This document shows positions 61,701 to 64,000 of a DNA stretch of 64,000 bases, one piece after another (position 1 is the first letter of the stretch; every line of letters starts with the position of its first letter). A program made the position numbers and the translations under genes. The stretch lies in contig NC_134027.1 of NCBI RefSeq assembly GCF_964204645.1, positions 21,724,560-21,788,559 of the forward strand, in the 5' to 3' direction. The notes under the pieces were generated by a model. It was not told the origin of the DNA and ran no database searches. It was given only the letters and a program-made list of their open reading frames with translations. This DNA is from Tubulanus polymorphus (lineage: Eukaryota; Animalia; Nemertea).

Positions 61701-63774
61701 CTCTCTGTCGTCTTAGAATAGACAGCTATGGAAACATTTTGAATGAAATCCTTAAGAATTTCCATTAAAAAACTCAAACAATTAGTCTAACTGGAAAACA
61801 AATATATGTATGTATCTATAGATATTTGAAAGATTTAATTGCCTCCAATAATTGAAAATGTTGCAATAGACACTGTGTTCATTTGTACCACCATGCTAAT
61901 AGCTAAGCTCAGGTCGACTTACGACCCAATCAGATCGTCAGATCGAAAGGAGGCTTCAGTGATTTTTTAACCGGGAACCCTTCCCACAGAAGTTGACTTA
62001 TGTCCGCGAGGGTTTGAACACAGACCGATCGTCAGCCGAATCGCAAGGGTAGAACCAGTTCTATTTTCTACTACCCGATCAGATCCTCATAGTCGATCAG
62101 CGACGTGTTTTGCATCACATGATTTAAACTCGGCGATGATCGAGTCGTAGTCGACCTGAGTGCTCTTCAGATCTTGCACAAACGAATCAGCAATCAGTGG
62201 CCACGTGTTTACTACCTCAGTTCTTACGACGATCTGATCAGGTCATAGGTCGACCTGAGTTTTTAGCTTATGACTGGAGAAGTCGAATGTTCCATGGTAA
62301 ACAAGTTGCAGTATGGCGTTGATACTGGTATCATTAAGTTTTATTTACTGCAAGTAACCTAAAGACACTGAAGTTAAATTTTTACGCAAAACTGGTTACA
62401 GGCTTAAAACTGAAGACATCAAGATGTACATGTATCTTTTTTTTAAATCATTTTCAGGCTTTAATGGCGATCGTTACATTGATAGTCGACTGATCTATCC
62501 AGTTTGTGATAAGATTTGTTGTTGTCTTCCAAAACGATATCGCTGTTTACTCCAAAAACAAGTAAGTATTACGTCCTGTCTACTGTAAACGATACGCTAG
62601 ATGCCAGCACAGAACCCAAGTGTCAATTGACAACAAAGGAATTCACTCTTCCTTGTTAAATAAATGCCTTCACCCAGGTTACTGGTCGGAAAATGCGTAC
62701 ACTGGTACCGGTACCTGAACACTACTGTCACTTTCGGGGTGATTTGATTGAAAGAGTTGATAAGTTGAATGAGGATGGTGATTTTTCAATGCATCAGTGC
62801 ATCAGTGTCTCAACCTTAGGTTCCTGGCCTGATAGATGACTCCTGAGTGCTAGTAGTAGCTCAAATGTTACTTCTCCACAGAGAGATAACTGTTATAGAT
62901 ATAAGCCAGTGTTAATAATAAAGATTTCCCTTCTCAGGGAGGGATGAGTAGAGTCTTATGGGCTAGGGGTAGTTCAAATACCAATCTCTCTGATACACAA
63001 TTAGAAATATGCTAATATCAATTTCATTTCTCATGTAATGACTGATTAGTTAGATTTATATAGACTGGGGATAGACTAATACCAACTTCACTTTTCGTGA
63101 AGAGATTACTTAACACATAGGTAATAGGTATAGGCTAGGGGTAGTTCAAATACCAATTTCAATTTTCATGGAGAGATGACTGATACACAGAATTGATTAG
63201 GCTAGGGATGGATCTAATACTAATTTCGCTTCTCATGGAGAAACAACCGATTCACAGTTAAGAGTTAATAAAGCTAGGAATAGTTCTAATGCTAACTCTT
63301 GTGCCGTCGATATAACGATACATGTTCACAGTTAGAGATATAAGCAGGCCGAATCCAGCAAACACCAGACCAGATTTTTTTTCCGAAGTATTTTGGTTGG
63401 ATGTGTGGAAAATTAGAATTCGAAATTAGCGTCCCTGCAAATGCTCAGAATGCTTCTGTAGGTGGTAAAATTCTCGAATTCTCTGCTGTAGGGACCCCAC
63501 ATCCCCTGCAATAATTTTATAAAACGGTATTCGGGACAATAGGCTGAATCGCTCTTGACAAGTTTTAGATAGTTCGTCTTCTAAATTGCTGAATTGATTC
63601 TTGTAATTTCAGCGTGAAACAATACCTTGCATCTCATCGACGGTCGGTTTAACTAAATACAGCGAAGACGTTGCTCCAAGCGAGATGTTAGACGATTCAT
63701 CGTCGAACGGAAAGTTACTTAACAAACGCGAATCACTGCAAAACGGTGACCCTGCGTCAACGACTAAAGTGTGA
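49392..63774 (+). CDS. SLC5A8: Sodium:solute symporter, SLC5A5/A6/A8/A12 (NIS/SMVT/SMCT) subfamily, complete, 632 aa. Exons 49392-49736, 50775-50840, 50947-50998, 51093-51160, 52184-52338, 55613-55753, 56819-56948, 57420-57508, 58234-58361, 58874-59031, 60364-60560, 61571-61674, 62458-62561, 63613-63774
   Basis: 14 GT-AG exons in consistent phase, 1899 nt, ending in TGA. Motifs: DYLMF...SAAIG, DFLLGGR.M...PV.LS..ASFMSA...LGTPAEVY, YLEMRF, GGMKAVMWTDVFQ, FDPDP..RHT, NQ...QRYL, CDP...G.V...DQ, PG.PG.F...VFSAALSTVSSG.NA, GP.LG.F, ISYLYY. The symbol is approximate because the closest vertebrate paralogue cannot be determined by eye. Confidence 0.95.
52184..52338 (+). CDS. SLC5A8: SLC5 exon 5
   Basis: TTTTGCAG| GGMKAVMWTDVFQMLVVYAG...GGRIKFI |GTAAGT. 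Confidence 0.96.
53000..53200 (+). mobile_element. Decayed Penelope-like 3' fragment
   Basis: A frameshifted MN(R)DGGIYL-like segment typical of PLE ORF C-termini is followed by ccggaagat...taggttatagtcgaaacattgaat, which is homologous to the 24219-24255 hammerhead motif. Confidence 0.5.
55613..55753 (+). CDS. SLC5A8: SLC5 exon 6
   Basis: TTTGTAG| FDPDPLQRHTLFTLVFGG...YGANQTMLQRYLSVRKLKDAQ |GTAAGT. Confidence 0.96.
60183..60343. mobile_element. Short TIR MITE (Harbinger-like) just upstream of SLC5 exon 11
   Basis: gggatcattcatttattacatacgca...tgcgtatgtaataagtgcatgacccc. A similar-style element is at ~51655-52108. Confidence 0.65.
61905..62262. mobile_element. TIR MITE
   Basis: agctcaggtcgactta...taggtcgacctgagtt inverted ends. 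Confidence 0.65.
62880..63340. repeat. Degenerate tandem repeat derived from a SINE 3' region
   Basis: Recurrent ggctaggggtagttcaaataccaat / gagagatgactgatacacag motifs, with clear copies at 62960, 63133, 63199 and 63272. Confidence 0.6.
63613..63774 (+). CDS. SLC5A8: SLC5 last coding exon
   Basis: ATTTCAG| RETIPC...PASTTKV*, in phase with exon 13. Confidence 0.8.
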   Translation, partial: RETIPCISSTVGLTKYSEDVAPSEMLDDSSSNGKLLNKRESLQNGDPASTTKV

Positions 63775-64000
63775 CAAATTCAAACGTCACTGCAAGGTTG
63801 CGTTTTAGGAGTCTCAGGAGTGATATTATAATTGGATTTATGCGTTAGTGAGCTTGCGTTACTTTGCAAACTCCCTTGCAGTTTTTTCCCTACCTTTGTA
63901 GAGCGTCGGATGCATAGAGCTTTACGCGAAGCAATCCAACCCACTGATTTTTGTTAGCTGGTCCAATCAAACCTTTTGTAGTATATCATTGAATAATTGA

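Overview
AT-rich, intron- and transposon-rich animal (probably invertebrate) genomic DNA. Almost all ORFs in the supplied track are spurious, and the real genes had to be assembled by hand from GT-AG exons. Three protein genes are supported. (1) A minus-strand GH20 beta-hexosaminidase (HEXA/HEXB-like) has 8 coding exons in the window (46101 to 1130), an unusually long N-terminal extension including a 39-nt microexon, and runs off the left edge. (2) A small plus-strand CD225/dispanin (IFITM/PRRT1-like) gene is nested antisense inside an 11.5-kb HEX intron (CDS 6390-6423 + 7417-7757, 124 aa). (3) A complete 14-exon plus-strand SLC5 sodium:solute symporter of the SLC5A5/6/8/12 subfamily (49392-63774, 632 aa) lies head-to-head with HEX, with a ~550-bp foldback between them. 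Introns are filled with non-autonomous DNA transposons (piggyBac-, Harbinger- and hAT-like MITEs), SINEs and a decayed CR1/L2-type RT fragment. The most notable repeats are a Helentron-type element carrying four CTCF-like motifs at exact 154-bp spacing, and Penelope-like ends with minimal hammerhead ribozyme motifs. I see no clearly new multi-gene system; the findings are candidates to test. Repeat boundaries are approximate and were read by eye.
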